A stretch of DNA of 59,560 nucleotides from Blastocatellia bacterium (GTDB lineage Bacteria > Acidobacteriota > Blastocatellia > UBA7656). The translations under genes were made by a program, and so were the position numbers. Below the pieces are notes generated by a model. It was not told the DNA's origin, did not search any database, and saw only the letters and a program-made list of their open reading frames with translations. The stretch is from NCBI GenBank assembly GCA_039648975.1, contig JBBWZK010000201.1:1-59560 (forward strand), given 5' to 3'. Positions within the stretch are counted from its first letter, which is position 1, and each line of letters starts with the position of its first letter. This document shows, in pieces, positions 20,233-29,492 of the stretch.

Positions 20233-20308
20233 GCGACGCGGCGACAGGGGAAGAGATTCAATCGTAGGTCTGTCGCCGTGTCACCCCTTCGCCGCATCTC
20301 CGCGTCGC
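20233..20308. repeat. Inverted octamer-type arrays (GCGACGCG / CGCGTCGC)
   Basis: Same unit family as at 38816-38900 and 59511-59547. Confidence 0.65.
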
Positions 20309-23028
20309 TATTCATAGCGCAGCGCCGCCATCGGATCGACCTTCGTCGCGCGCCGCGCCGGCAGGTAACAGGCTGATAGCGCGACCACCGCTAGCAGCAA
20401 TGCAAGCAGCGCGAAAGTCGCGGGGTCTGTGACACTGACTTGATAGAGAAAACCCTCCAGCACGCGCGTCAGGGCATACGCACAGGCAAGGCCGATGACC
20501 AGCCCCGTAAGCACTAGCTTCATTCCTTGAGTGACGACCAGCTTCACCACATCAGCGGTCTGCGCGCCCAACGCCATGCGTATGCCGATCTCATGTGTGC
20601 GCTGGCTGACCGAGTAGGAGATCAAGCCGTAAATCCCCGCCGCTGCCAGGATCAAGGCCAGCGTTGAGAAGCCGCCGAGCAGGAGCGTATAGAAACGCGG
20701 GTCGGCGACCTTCTGCGCGATCACCTGCGGCATCCCGGCGACATCGTAGAGCGGCAGGTCTTTGTCTACGGCTTGCAATTCGCTGCGCAGGCCGGCGGCA
20801 AACTGCGGCGGCTCGCCAATCGTGCGCACGACGAACGTCATGTCGCCGAGCATCCAGCGGCGCGAATCGAGTACCTGAAGATACGGTTGATAGATCGCCT
20901 GTGCGAGCGGTGCGCCAACTTCATCCTGTCTGACATCGCCAACCACGCCGATCACTTCGCGCCACGTCTCGCCGCGAAAGCCTATGTTGAGGCGTTTGCC
21001 GAGCGCCTCTTCATCGGGCCAGAGACTGCGCGCCAGCGACTCGCTGATGATCAGCACGCCCGGCGAGTTTTCCGTGTCGCGCTCATTGAAAAGACGGCCT
21101 TTCAGCAGAGGAATGCTCATCGCCTGAAAGTAGTCCGCGCCGATGGCCAGCTTGCTGGCGCTGACGCCGTCGCGCTCGGCGGCTTCGCCTTCGACCAGCA
21201 GGTCGCCTTGAATGCGCGCGCCATTCTTGCCGAGCGGCAGCGCACTGACGATGCCGCTTGCCTGCGCTTCGGGGCGCGTTGCCAGACGAGCGAGCGATTG
21301 CCGATAATAAGCTTTCACCTGCGTCATTGTAGGATATGTTACTTCGGACAGCGTGACGCTGGCGGTCAACACGCGATCAGGATTGAAGCCCAGGCTGGTC
21401 TCGCGCAGCCGCGTAAAGCTCTTCAGCAGCAGCCCCGCGCCGATCAGCAAGACCAGCGCCAGCGAGACTTCGGCAATGACCAGCAAGCCGCGCAAACGAT
21501 GGCGGAACGTGCCGCCTGTCGCTTGCCTGCCGCCGTCTTTGAGCGCCGTATTGAGATCGGGCTTTGATGATTGCAGGGCCGGCGCGAGTCCGAAGATGAT
21601 ACCCGTCAGGATAGAGATCAGCAGCGTGAAGCCAAGTACCCATCGATCAACGGCAATGGCATTCAAGCGCGGAATCTCCTGTGGCGCAACCGCGACCAGT
21701 AGATTGAGACCCCACGATGCCAGCAGCAATCCGAGACCGCCTCCGAGCAGAGCAATCAACAGACTCTCGGTGAGCAACTGCCGCACGATACGCCAGCGGC
21801 TCGCGCCCAGTGCCGTGCGAATGGCCATCTCTTGTTGACGGCCAGCGGCGCGCGCCAGCAGCAGATTGGCCACATTGGCGCATGCGATTAACAATACAAA
21901 ACTCACTGCGCCGAGAAAGACCAGCAGCGCTGTGCGCACGTCGCCGACAATGTAGGTTTGTAAGGGAACAAGGTTGACGCCCAGGCCGCGATTCGTTTGC
22001 GGAAACTCTTGCTCCAGACGGCTGGCGATAGTTGCCAGTTCAGCCTGCGCCTGTGCTTCGGTCACACCCGCTTGCAAGCGAGCGATGACGCGCAGGAAGG
22101 CATTATCTCGCTTGGCGCTCAACGCCGCAGGCAACCACACTTCCGCTTCATTGGGGAAGTTAAAGCCGTCGGGCATCACGCCAATCACTGTGCAGCTATC
22201 GCCTTCAATTCGAACTGCCCGGTCAATGACTGACGGGTCGCCGGCGAAGCGCCGCTGCCAGAGGCTATAACTCAGTATCACCGCCAGTTGGCCGACCGGC
22301 GGACTATCATTGCCGAACAGAGAGCGCCCGGCTTCTTCGGGCAAGAATGTGCGCCCCAGCACAGGCTTGACACCAAGCGTGGCAAACAAGCCTTCAGTAA
22401 CGCGCGCCACACGGACGCGCTCAGGCTCGCTGCCGCCGGTCAGATTAGCGGGCCACGTTCCAATATAAGCGGCCATCTGCGCGCAGGTTCGGCATTGCTC
22501 GCGCCACTCGATAAAGTCAGGGCCATACGCGGCGTTGATTTTTGCGACCTCGCCATCGCGCTCGATAGCGGTGAGGATCATCATCAGGCGGTCGGGCTCA
22601 GTGTAAGGCAAGGGGCGCAGCAACACGGCATTGACGACCGAGAAGATGGCCGTCGTTGCGCCAATCCCTAAAGCCAGCATCAGGACGACCGCCGCGCTGA
22701 AGCCAGGACGGTTGCGCAGCATTCGTTGACCATAACGTAAGTCTTGTAATAAACCTTCCATTACGTTGCTCCTCCTTGCGCCCAACACAATAGGCTCTTG
22801 CGACACCGCGCGCTCAACGCGCCGCAGTTCCTGCCGCAGTATTTCGCTCTCGCTCAATTCGGCGAGCGCCGCGCGGTGCGCCGCTTCATCCGTCGCGCCG
22901 TAAGCCAACAACTCTGCATAGCGATCATCGAGATGCTGCGCGAGTTCCTCGATGATCTCGTCTTCGCGCGTCGGCTCAAGCCGCAAGCCGGCCAGCCGCT
23001 TGGTGATTTCATCTTTCCACTTCGGCAT
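20308..23028 (-). CDS. ADOP/MacB-FtsX-type duplicated ABC permease 2
   Basis: Same motif set; start MPKWKDEITKRL chosen by homology with the paralogs. Confidence 0.93.
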   Translation of the reverse strand: MPKWKDEITKRLAGLRLEPTREDEIIEELAQHLDDRYAELLAYGATDEAAHRAALAELSESEILRQELRRVERAVSQEPIVLGARRSNVMEGLLQDLRYGQRMLRNRPGFSAAVVLMLALGIGATTAIFSVVNAVLLRPLPYTEPDRLMMILTAIERDGEVAKINAAYGPDFIEWREQCRTCAQMAAYIGTWPANLTGGSEPERVRVARVTEGLFATLGVKPVLGRTFLPEEAGRSLFGNDSPPVGQLAVILSYSLWQRRFAGDPSVIDRAVRIEGDSCTVIGVMPDGFNFPNEAEVWLPAALSAKRDNAFLRVIARLQAGVTEAQAQAELATIASRLEQEFPQTNRGLGVNLVPLQTYIVGDVRTALLVFLGAVSFVLLIACANVANLLLARAAGRQQEMAIRTALGASRWRIVRQLLTESLLIALLGGGLGLLLASWGLNLLVAVAPQEIPRLNAIAVDRWVLGFTLLISILTGIIFGLAPALQSSKPDLNTALKDGGRQATGGTFRHRLRGLLVIAEVSLALVLLIGAGLLLKSFTRLRETSLGFNPDRVLTASVTLSEVTYPTMTQVKAYYRQSLARLATRPEAQASGIVSALPLGKNGARIQGDLLVEGEAAERDGVSASKLAIGADYFQAMSIPLLKGRLFNERDTENSPGVLIISESLARSLWPDEEALGKRLNIGFRGETWREVIGVVGDVRQDEVGAPLAQAIYQPYLQVLDSRRWMLGDMTFVVRTIGEPPQFAAGLRSELQAVDKDLPLYDVAGMPQVIAQKVADPRFYTLLLGGFSTLALILAAAGIYGLISYSVSQRTHEIGIRMALGAQTADVVKLVVTQGMKLVLTGLVIGLACAYALTRVLEGFLYQVSVTDPATFALLALLLAVVALSACYLPARRATKVDPMAALRYE

Positions 23029-23090
23029 TGGCGATCCTTGAAACATCAGCCCATCGGTGAGCCTGATTCTCAGAGCGAATTTTTGAAATG

Positions 23091-23236
23091 AGTGCCATAG
23101 GCACGCAATGTTTATAGAACGATCAGTAATTAGTTTGACCAAGCCCCGTAGGGGCGAAATGTTCACATTACGCTCCTAACGGAGCTTGGAATCTTATTAG
23201 CAATGGTGACTATAAACATTGCGCTCCTACGGAGCT
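23091..23236. repeat. REPIN/MITE-like palindromic element, copy 2
   Basis: Same layout as 9821-9966; spacers of 23 and 22 nt. Confidence 0.9.
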
Positions 23237-23290
23237 GACTGCTCAGATATACTCTCAAGACTCGCCAGACTCTCAAGACTCGATAGACTG

Positions 23291-25957
23291 TTATTCATAG
23301 CGCAGCGCCACCATCGGATCGACGTGCGTCGCGCGCCGCGCCGGGATATGACACGCCAGCAAGGTGATGACGGCGAGAATCAGTGGCACGCTGGCAAACG
23401 TCATCAGGTCGGTCGTGCTGATCTCGAACAACATCTTCGAGATGACGCGGGTCAAGAGCAGCGCCCCGGCCAGACCTATCGCTACCCCTATGAGCATCAG
23501 CCTCACCCCCTGCCGCAGAACCAGCTTCAAGACATCCGCCGGCTGTGCGCCGAGCGCCAGGCGTATACCGATCTCGTGCGTGCGTTGCGCGACAGAATGC
23601 GACATGACGCCGTAGATGCCGACGGCGGCCAGCAGCAGAGCGACAGCCGCAAACACCGCCAGCAGGAACATCAACCCGCGACGGTCGGCTATCGAACTCG
23701 TCACCGCCTGGTCGAGCGTCGTCGTCCAGGCAATGGGCAGGTCTTTATCGATGGCTTGAATGGCGCTCCTCGCGGCATTCGTCAGACTCTGTGGATCACC
23801 GTCGGCGCGCACAAAGAAAGTCAGCGCCGGGTGCGCGCCTTGAGCATGCGGCACGTGTATCTCCGGCTGCACCTCTTGATCCAGGCTGCCTTGCCTGACA
23901 TCGCCCGCGACCCCGACGATCTCCAGCCAGGGCGGCTGTGGATCACGCGAACTGTAAAATCGAATACGTTTGCCGATCACCTCTTCGCCCGCAAAGAAAC
24001 GCCGCGCCAGCGCCTGATTGACCATCGCGACGCCGGGGGCCTGTAGGTCATCTTGTAAGGTGAACTCCCGTCCGGCAATGAGCGGGATAGCGAGCGTGCG
24101 AAAGTACGCAGGACTGTCCGAGATGTAGTTTGCAAAATTTTCCTGGCCGGGTTCGGGCAACGGCTGTCCCTGAATCGCAAATCGCCGCGACGAGGTGCCC
24201 ATCGTCCAGTAATTGAAAGCCGCCGAAGCTACCGACTGCGCCTGCGGCATCGCTTCCAGTCGTTCAATCGTCTGTTGGATAAACGTAGCGCGTTGACTTC
24301 TTTCGGCATACCGCGCCTGCGGCAGCGTCACGTTGATGCACAACACGCCTTCAGGTCGAAAGCCCGGATCGACCGATTGAAGTTTGAGAAAGCTTCTGAG
24401 CATCAGCCCTGTGCCAAGCAACAGGATGAGCGACAGGGCGATTTCGGCGACGACCAGAGCGCTGCGCAGACGTTGCCGCGCGAGGCTGGCGCTCGCGCGA
24501 CCGCTGCCTTCTTTGAGCGCATCGCGCAAGTCTCTATCCGAGAGCCGGAAGGCTGAAAGCGTGCCGAAGATCGTTCCCGTCAACAAGACGATCAGCGATA
24601 GAAATCCCAGCACGCGGCTATCAATATGGACTTCGGCGAGGCGCGGAATGCGCATAGGACTCAGACTGATGAGCAGATCGAGACTCGATGTCGCCAGTAA
24701 CAAACCGAGCGCGCCGCCGAGCAGAGCCAGCAACAGGCTCTCGACGAGGAATTGCCTGAACAAACGAAAAGGGCTTGCGCCCATCGCCGTGCGCACCGCC
24801 ACTTCTTTCTGTCGGCCTGCGGCGCGCACCAGCAGCAGGTTGGCGACGTTGGCGCAGGCAATCAGCAGCACGAAAGCAATCGCGCCGAGCAACACCAGCA
24901 GCGGCGTCCGCGTATCGCCGGTCAATTGTTCGCTGAGCGGCACCACATTCACTGAAATCGGGTTGGGGTACTGCGGCTGCAAGACGGTTTGCAGATTGGC
25001 CGCGACCTGCGCTATCGGCACGCCGGGCTTGAGGCGCGCAATGACGTTGAGAAAGTTATTGCCGCGCGGCGTGCCGGGATTGTTAGGATCAAACGCGGCG
25101 TTGGCCCAGAGCTGCGTTCCTGTCGGCACAAGCGGAAACTCGAAGCCCTGCGGCATGACGCCGATGACCGTATAGGCTTGCCCGTCGAAGCTGAGTGGTT
25201 TGCCGATAATATCAGCATCGCCCTTGAAACGCTGCTGCCAGAATCGATGATTCAACACGACCGCCAGCGCCGCCCCGGGCTTATCTTCATCCGGCAGAAA
25301 CCCGCGCCCCAACAAAGGCTTGACGCCAAGCGCGGCCAGCGTGCCGGCGGAGACAGTTGAACCCTGTATGGCTTCCGGCTCGCCTTCGCTCACAAGATTG
25401 AAGACGCTGTAGATCGTGAACGTCCCCATCTGCTCGCAGGTCTGATTCTGGTCGCGCCAGTCGACGAAGTCCGGCACAGAGGCCGAGAAGTTGGTGTTCT
25501 TATAAACTCTGACCAGTTGCTCAGGCTCTGTATAAGGCAGCGGCTTGAACAAGACTGCATGAACCAGTGTGAAGATCGCGGTGATCGGCCCGATACCGAG
25601 CGCCAGGGTCAGCACGGCAATCAAGGTAAAGCCGGGCTGCCTGCGCATACTGCGAAATCCGTAACGTAAGTCTTGCCACAAATCTGCAATCATATTGATC
25701 CTCCCGGCTCCTAACACGACAGGCTCACGCATCACCTGGCGCTCGGTACGGCGCAACTCATGCGATAACACAGGGCTGTCGCTCAATTCGGCGAGGGCCA
25801 GACGATAGGCTTCATTCGCTGTTGCGCCGCCCTGTCGCAATTCGTCGTAGCGGTCATCGAGATGCTGCGACAGTTCTTCGATGATCTCGACTTCGCGGGT
25901 CGGCTCAAGCATCAGCCCGGCCAATCGTTGTTTGATCTCATCTCTCCACTTCGGCAT
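23291..25957 (-). CDS. ADOP/MacB-FtsX-type duplicated ABC permease 3
   Basis: Same motif set; GGAGG RBS before MPKWRDEIKQRL. Confidence 0.93.
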   Translation of the reverse strand: MPKWRDEIKQRLAGLMLEPTREVEIIEELSQHLDDRYDELRQGGATANEAYRLALAELSDSPVLSHELRRTERQVMREPVVLGAGRINMIADLWQDLRYGFRSMRRQPGFTLIAVLTLALGIGPITAIFTLVHAVLFKPLPYTEPEQLVRVYKNTNFSASVPDFVDWRDQNQTCEQMGTFTIYSVFNLVSEGEPEAIQGSTVSAGTLAALGVKPLLGRGFLPDEDKPGAALAVVLNHRFWQQRFKGDADIIGKPLSFDGQAYTVIGVMPQGFEFPLVPTGTQLWANAAFDPNNPGTPRGNNFLNVIARLKPGVPIAQVAANLQTVLQPQYPNPISVNVVPLSEQLTGDTRTPLLVLLGAIAFVLLIACANVANLLLVRAAGRQKEVAVRTAMGASPFRLFRQFLVESLLLALLGGALGLLLATSSLDLLISLSPMRIPRLAEVHIDSRVLGFLSLIVLLTGTIFGTLSAFRLSDRDLRDALKEGSGRASASLARQRLRSALVVAEIALSLILLLGTGLMLRSFLKLQSVDPGFRPEGVLCINVTLPQARYAERSQRATFIQQTIERLEAMPQAQSVASAAFNYWTMGTSSRRFAIQGQPLPEPGQENFANYISDSPAYFRTLAIPLIAGREFTLQDDLQAPGVAMVNQALARRFFAGEEVIGKRIRFYSSRDPQPPWLEIVGVAGDVRQGSLDQEVQPEIHVPHAQGAHPALTFFVRADGDPQSLTNAARSAIQAIDKDLPIAWTTTLDQAVTSSIADRRGLMFLLAVFAAVALLLAAVGIYGVMSHSVAQRTHEIGIRLALGAQPADVLKLVLRQGVRLMLIGVAIGLAGALLLTRVISKMLFEISTTDLMTFASVPLILAVITLLACHIPARRATHVDPMVALRYE

Positions 25958-26020
25958 CGCAAACCTCCGGTTTGCGGTTTCTAAATTAAACCGCATGAGA
26001 AAGGGAGTGCGGCAGCATTT

Positions 26021-26090
26021 GGAGTGCGGCGACTTGTCGCCGCTTTGTTCGATAACGATGATGCAAAGCGGTGACCAGTCACCGCACACT
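26021..26090. repeat. REP-like inverted doublet (GGAGTGCGGCGAC family)
   Basis: GGAGTGCGGCGACTTGTCGCCGCTTTG...CAAAGCGGTGACCAGTCACCGCAC; related unit at 42950-42983. Confidence 0.7.
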
Positions 26091-26147
26091 ATATAAGAGA
26101 GTCTGCCATTCCCTTGCCGTCTGATTTAGGAACCAGAAACCAGAAAC

Positions 26148-28910
26148 CTATTCATCTCTCAACGCCACCATTGGATCAAGTCGCGAAGCCCGCCGCGCAG
26201 GCACATAGCTCGCCACTGCGGCGATCACAGCCAGCAGAGTCACAGCCATTACGAAGGTCGCCGGATCATGCGCCTGTAACCCGAAGAGCAGCGCACTGGC
26301 TGTCTGGGCGACCACCAGCGCCAGCACGGTGCCAACCGTCAGGCCAACTATCAGCAGGGTCGCGGCTTCACGCATAACGATCATCAGGACGTTGCGCCGG
26401 TTTGCGCCCAAGGCCATGCGTATGCCGATTTCGTGTGTCCGCCGCGCCACCATGTACGAGATCACCCCGTACAGGCCGATGCTGGCCAGCAAGGCGGCGA
26501 GAAAACCGAAGAAGCTGGACAACGTCGCCATCAGGCGCTCGCGTAGGAGTGAGTCGCGAATCTGCGTTTTGAAGACCTGAAATCGAAATCGTATGTCCGG
26601 GTTGATTTCCGTGAGCGTGGACTTCACAGACGCGATGAGGCCGGGCAGCGGCGTATTTGAGCGAATCATGATCTGACCCGATGGACTGGGGCGCGGATTT
26701 TGGGATACAGGGAGAAAGACAATGGGCGAGAAGGTTTCCTGAAGGCTCAGGTATTTCGTGTCCTTCACCATGCCGACGATTTCATAAACCGTTTCCGGGT
26801 CATAAGGCGTCGCCTCGACGCGGAATCTTTTTCCTATCGGGTTGGCTCCATTGGCCAGTTGACGGGCGAAGGTCTCGTTGACCAGGGCGACCGTCGGCGA
26901 CATCGCCGTATCACGGGCATCGAACTCTCGACCTGCGAGCAGCGGGGTATCCAGAGCCCTGAAGTAACCTGGCCCAACCCGACTGATCAGCGTGTTGGTT
27001 CGTTGTTCTGAATCGGCACCGTCCATCCACACATTGTTGCTCGTCCCGTTGCCGCTGATGGGAACGATATTCGTCTCGGCAGCCGCATAGACTCCGGGGA
27101 TTGCCTGAAGCCGTTCGACTAACTCCTGCTTAAACGCTGTCCGGCGTTCGACCGGAAGATTGAGGCGGCTCAGTCCTACATTAGTGATCAAGATGCCGTC
27201 CTGCGGAAATCCTGTATCCAGAGTCAGCAAATTCCGCAAGCTGCCGGAAAACAGCAGCGCGCCGACCAGCAGCACGAGTGAGAGAGCCACTTGCAAGACG
27301 ACGAGCGCGCGCCGCAGGCTGAAGCGTTCACGGCTTGTGGTTAGCCCACGGCTACTCGCCTTCATCACAACGCCAGGGTCTGTGCGCGTCGCACGCAGGG
27401 CCGGGACTAATCCGAACAGCACACAAGTCGACGTGGCCAGTCCCAGCGTAAACGCCAGCACGCGCCAGTCTGCGTTCAAATTCAGGAATAGCGGGTTGCC
27501 CTCTGTGCTCAACAGCGAGACGAGAAACTGGCTTAACACGCGCGCCAATAATAAGCCTAAGCCAGCGCCTATGGTGGCCAGCAAAATGCTTTCAGCCATC
27601 AACTGGCGGATGAGGCGGCTGCGCGACGCGCCCAGAGCCAGCCGCACCGCCATCTCCCTTTCGCGCACGCTCGCACGAGCGAGCAGGAGATTCGCCAGAT
27701 TGGCACAAGCAATCAACAGCACCAGCCCGGCAAGCGCCAACAGCACCCAGAGGGGGGCAGTATAGTTCGCGCGCAATTGCGATTCGCCCTGGCGGGCGGG
27801 AATCGCCGCCAGTTTGAAGCCCAGGTAGTTTGGCACATTGACGGCAGGATAATTCGCCGGCAGCGTCGCTTCAAAGATGCCGGGCGAAATAGAATCCAGA
27901 TGTTTTGTAGCTTCCGCTATAGATTGGCCTGGTTTCAAGCGACCCATGACGCTGAGCCACCAGGAGGTGCCGGCGTCGAGCCGGCTGTTCTTGCCACGGA
28001 CGATAGCTTCTGCGCATATGGGCACGGCAACATCGAAAGACTGGCCGATTTCAAGGCCGAAAAAACTGGCAGGCGTGACGCCGATGATCTCAAGCGACTG
28101 ACCATCGAGCGCCAGTGTGCGACCGATCACCGCCGGGTCGCCGCCAAATTCGCGCTGCCAGAACGCATGACTGATGACCACGCCCGCCGCGCCGCAGCCG
28201 CGCTGATCGTCAGCCAGAGTAAAGACGCGGCCCAGAACAGGCTGTACGCCAAGTACCGTAAAGAAATTTCCGCTGACCCAGAGGCCGCGAACGAGACGGG
28301 CTTCACCACTCGGCGAGATGTTGAAGCCGTCGCTGCTCCAGGCGAAGAGGCCGGAAAACGCTTGTTGCTGATCACGTATGCGCTCCCAGATCGGATTCGT
28401 CACCGCCGGATAGGGGCTGTTGAAACTGCCGCGCGCGCCCGTCATGTCGGTGATTTGAATCTCGGCAATTTCTTGCGGGTTGGCCACCGGCAGCGAGCGT
28501 ATGACGACCGTGTTGAGCAATTGAAAGATCGCCGTATTCGCGCCGATTCCCAGCGTCAGCGATAGCACAGCAACCAGCGTAAAGCCGGGGCTCTTACGTA
28601 ACATGCGCATGCCATAGCGCAAATCCTGTCCAAAGTCTGTCAGCATATTTTTCCTCCCTGCTCCTAAAACAACCGGGTTGCCCTTTACCGAGCGCTCGAC
28701 CCTCTTGAGTTCCTGCGCCAGTAGATGACCGCCGCGTAACTCTGCCAGCACCAACCGCTCTGCCTCGTCGGCAGTCGTACCGCCAGCCAACAACTCGTCG
28801 TGGCGGTCATCGAGATGCTGTGAGAGTTCCTCAATGATGTCGGCTTCGCGGGTCGGCTCAAGCTTAAGGCCGGCCAGCCGCTCGCGGATCTCTTTTTGCC
28901 AATCAGGCAT
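26148..28910 (-). CDS. ADOP/MacB-FtsX-type duplicated ABC permease 4
   Basis: Same motif set; start MPDWQKEIRERL overlaps the PadR stop (ATGCCTGA). Confidence 0.93.
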   Translation of the reverse strand: MPDWQKEIRERLAGLKLEPTREADIIEELSQHLDDRHDELLAGGTTADEAERLVLAELRGGHLLAQELKRVERSVKGNPVVLGAGRKNMLTDFGQDLRYGMRMLRKSPGFTLVAVLSLTLGIGANTAIFQLLNTVVIRSLPVANPQEIAEIQITDMTGARGSFNSPYPAVTNPIWERIRDQQQAFSGLFAWSSDGFNISPSGEARLVRGLWVSGNFFTVLGVQPVLGRVFTLADDQRGCGAAGVVISHAFWQREFGGDPAVIGRTLALDGQSLEIIGVTPASFFGLEIGQSFDVAVPICAEAIVRGKNSRLDAGTSWWLSVMGRLKPGQSIAEATKHLDSISPGIFEATLPANYPAVNVPNYLGFKLAAIPARQGESQLRANYTAPLWVLLALAGLVLLIACANLANLLLARASVREREMAVRLALGASRSRLIRQLMAESILLATIGAGLGLLLARVLSQFLVSLLSTEGNPLFLNLNADWRVLAFTLGLATSTCVLFGLVPALRATRTDPGVVMKASSRGLTTSRERFSLRRALVVLQVALSLVLLVGALLFSGSLRNLLTLDTGFPQDGILITNVGLSRLNLPVERRTAFKQELVERLQAIPGVYAAAETNIVPISGNGTSNNVWMDGADSEQRTNTLISRVGPGYFRALDTPLLAGREFDARDTAMSPTVALVNETFARQLANGANPIGKRFRVEATPYDPETVYEIVGMVKDTKYLSLQETFSPIVFLPVSQNPRPSPSGQIMIRSNTPLPGLIASVKSTLTEINPDIRFRFQVFKTQIRDSLLRERLMATLSSFFGFLAALLASIGLYGVISYMVARRTHEIGIRMALGANRRNVLMIVMREAATLLIVGLTVGTVLALVVAQTASALLFGLQAHDPATFVMAVTLLAVIAAVASYVPARRASRLDPMVALRDE

Positions 28911-29256
28911 TTTCGGTCTCGGTGATGCGATTGATCGCGGCAACGAAGGACTGCCATGTGCTGCGCTGCGCCGCCAGCACCTTGCGGCCTTCTTTGGTTA
29001 GCTTGTAATAGCGCCGCCGCCGCTGTCCGGCCTTCTCCACCCAGCGACCCTCGATCCAGCCGCGCTTCTCTAAGCGGTAGAGCAGCGGATAAAGCGAGGC
29101 GACGTTGAAGCGTAGCGTGCCTTCCGAACGCGACTCGATCAGCTTGCTGATTTCGTAGCCGTGCCGGGGCCGCGTCTCGACCAGAGAGAGGATCAATAAC
29201 TCGGCGCTGCCTTTCTTCAATTCGCGGTCGAGCATTTTAGAATTTTTATGTTGCAT
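28903..29256 (-). CDS. PadR-family transcriptional regulator
   Basis: LKKGSAELLILSL, HGYEI, SLYPLLYRLE and RRRYYKLT motifs; alternative start at 29235. Confidence 0.95.
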   Translation of the reverse strand: MQHKNSKMLDRELKKGSAELLILSLVETRPRHGYEISKLIESRSEGTLRFNVASLYPLLYRLEKRGWIEGRWVEKAGQRRRRYYKLTKEGRKVLAAQRSTWQSFVAAINRITETENA

Positions 29257-29259
29257 AGC

Positions 29260-29290
29260 GACATATTACTTAGAAACAGGAATATGTCAA
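29260..29290 (-). promoter_or_regulatory. sigma70 promoter of padR overlapped by an inverted repeat (putative operator)
   Basis: Minus strand TTGACA-16 nt-TAATAT; perfect inverted repeat GACATATT-N13-AATATGTC at 29260-29288. Confidence 0.65.
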
Positions 29291-29332
29291 GGGGCGGAGA
29301 AGGGAAGCCCGCCTGCGTTACTGAAGTCGCAG

Positions 29333-29477
29333 AGTCCTGTAGGGACGAAATGTTTATAGATATAGAGGCTATAGTTGCCGCAAGCCCCGTCGGGGCGAAA
29401 TGTCAACATTGCGCTCCTAACGGAGCTTATCGGTTGGTGAAACGATGTTTCTATAAATATTCCGCCCCTACGGGGCT
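29333..29477. repeat. REPIN/MITE-like palindromic element, copy 3
   Basis: Same layout as 9821-9966; both spacers 22 nt. Confidence 0.9.
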
Positions 29478-29492
29478 AAGCTAGAGAAATCC

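Noticed and set aside
23029-23166. N-terminal extensions of permeases 2 and 3 (also 25958-26089)
   Set aside because: They run through REP-like elements; paralog alignment places the starts at MPKW
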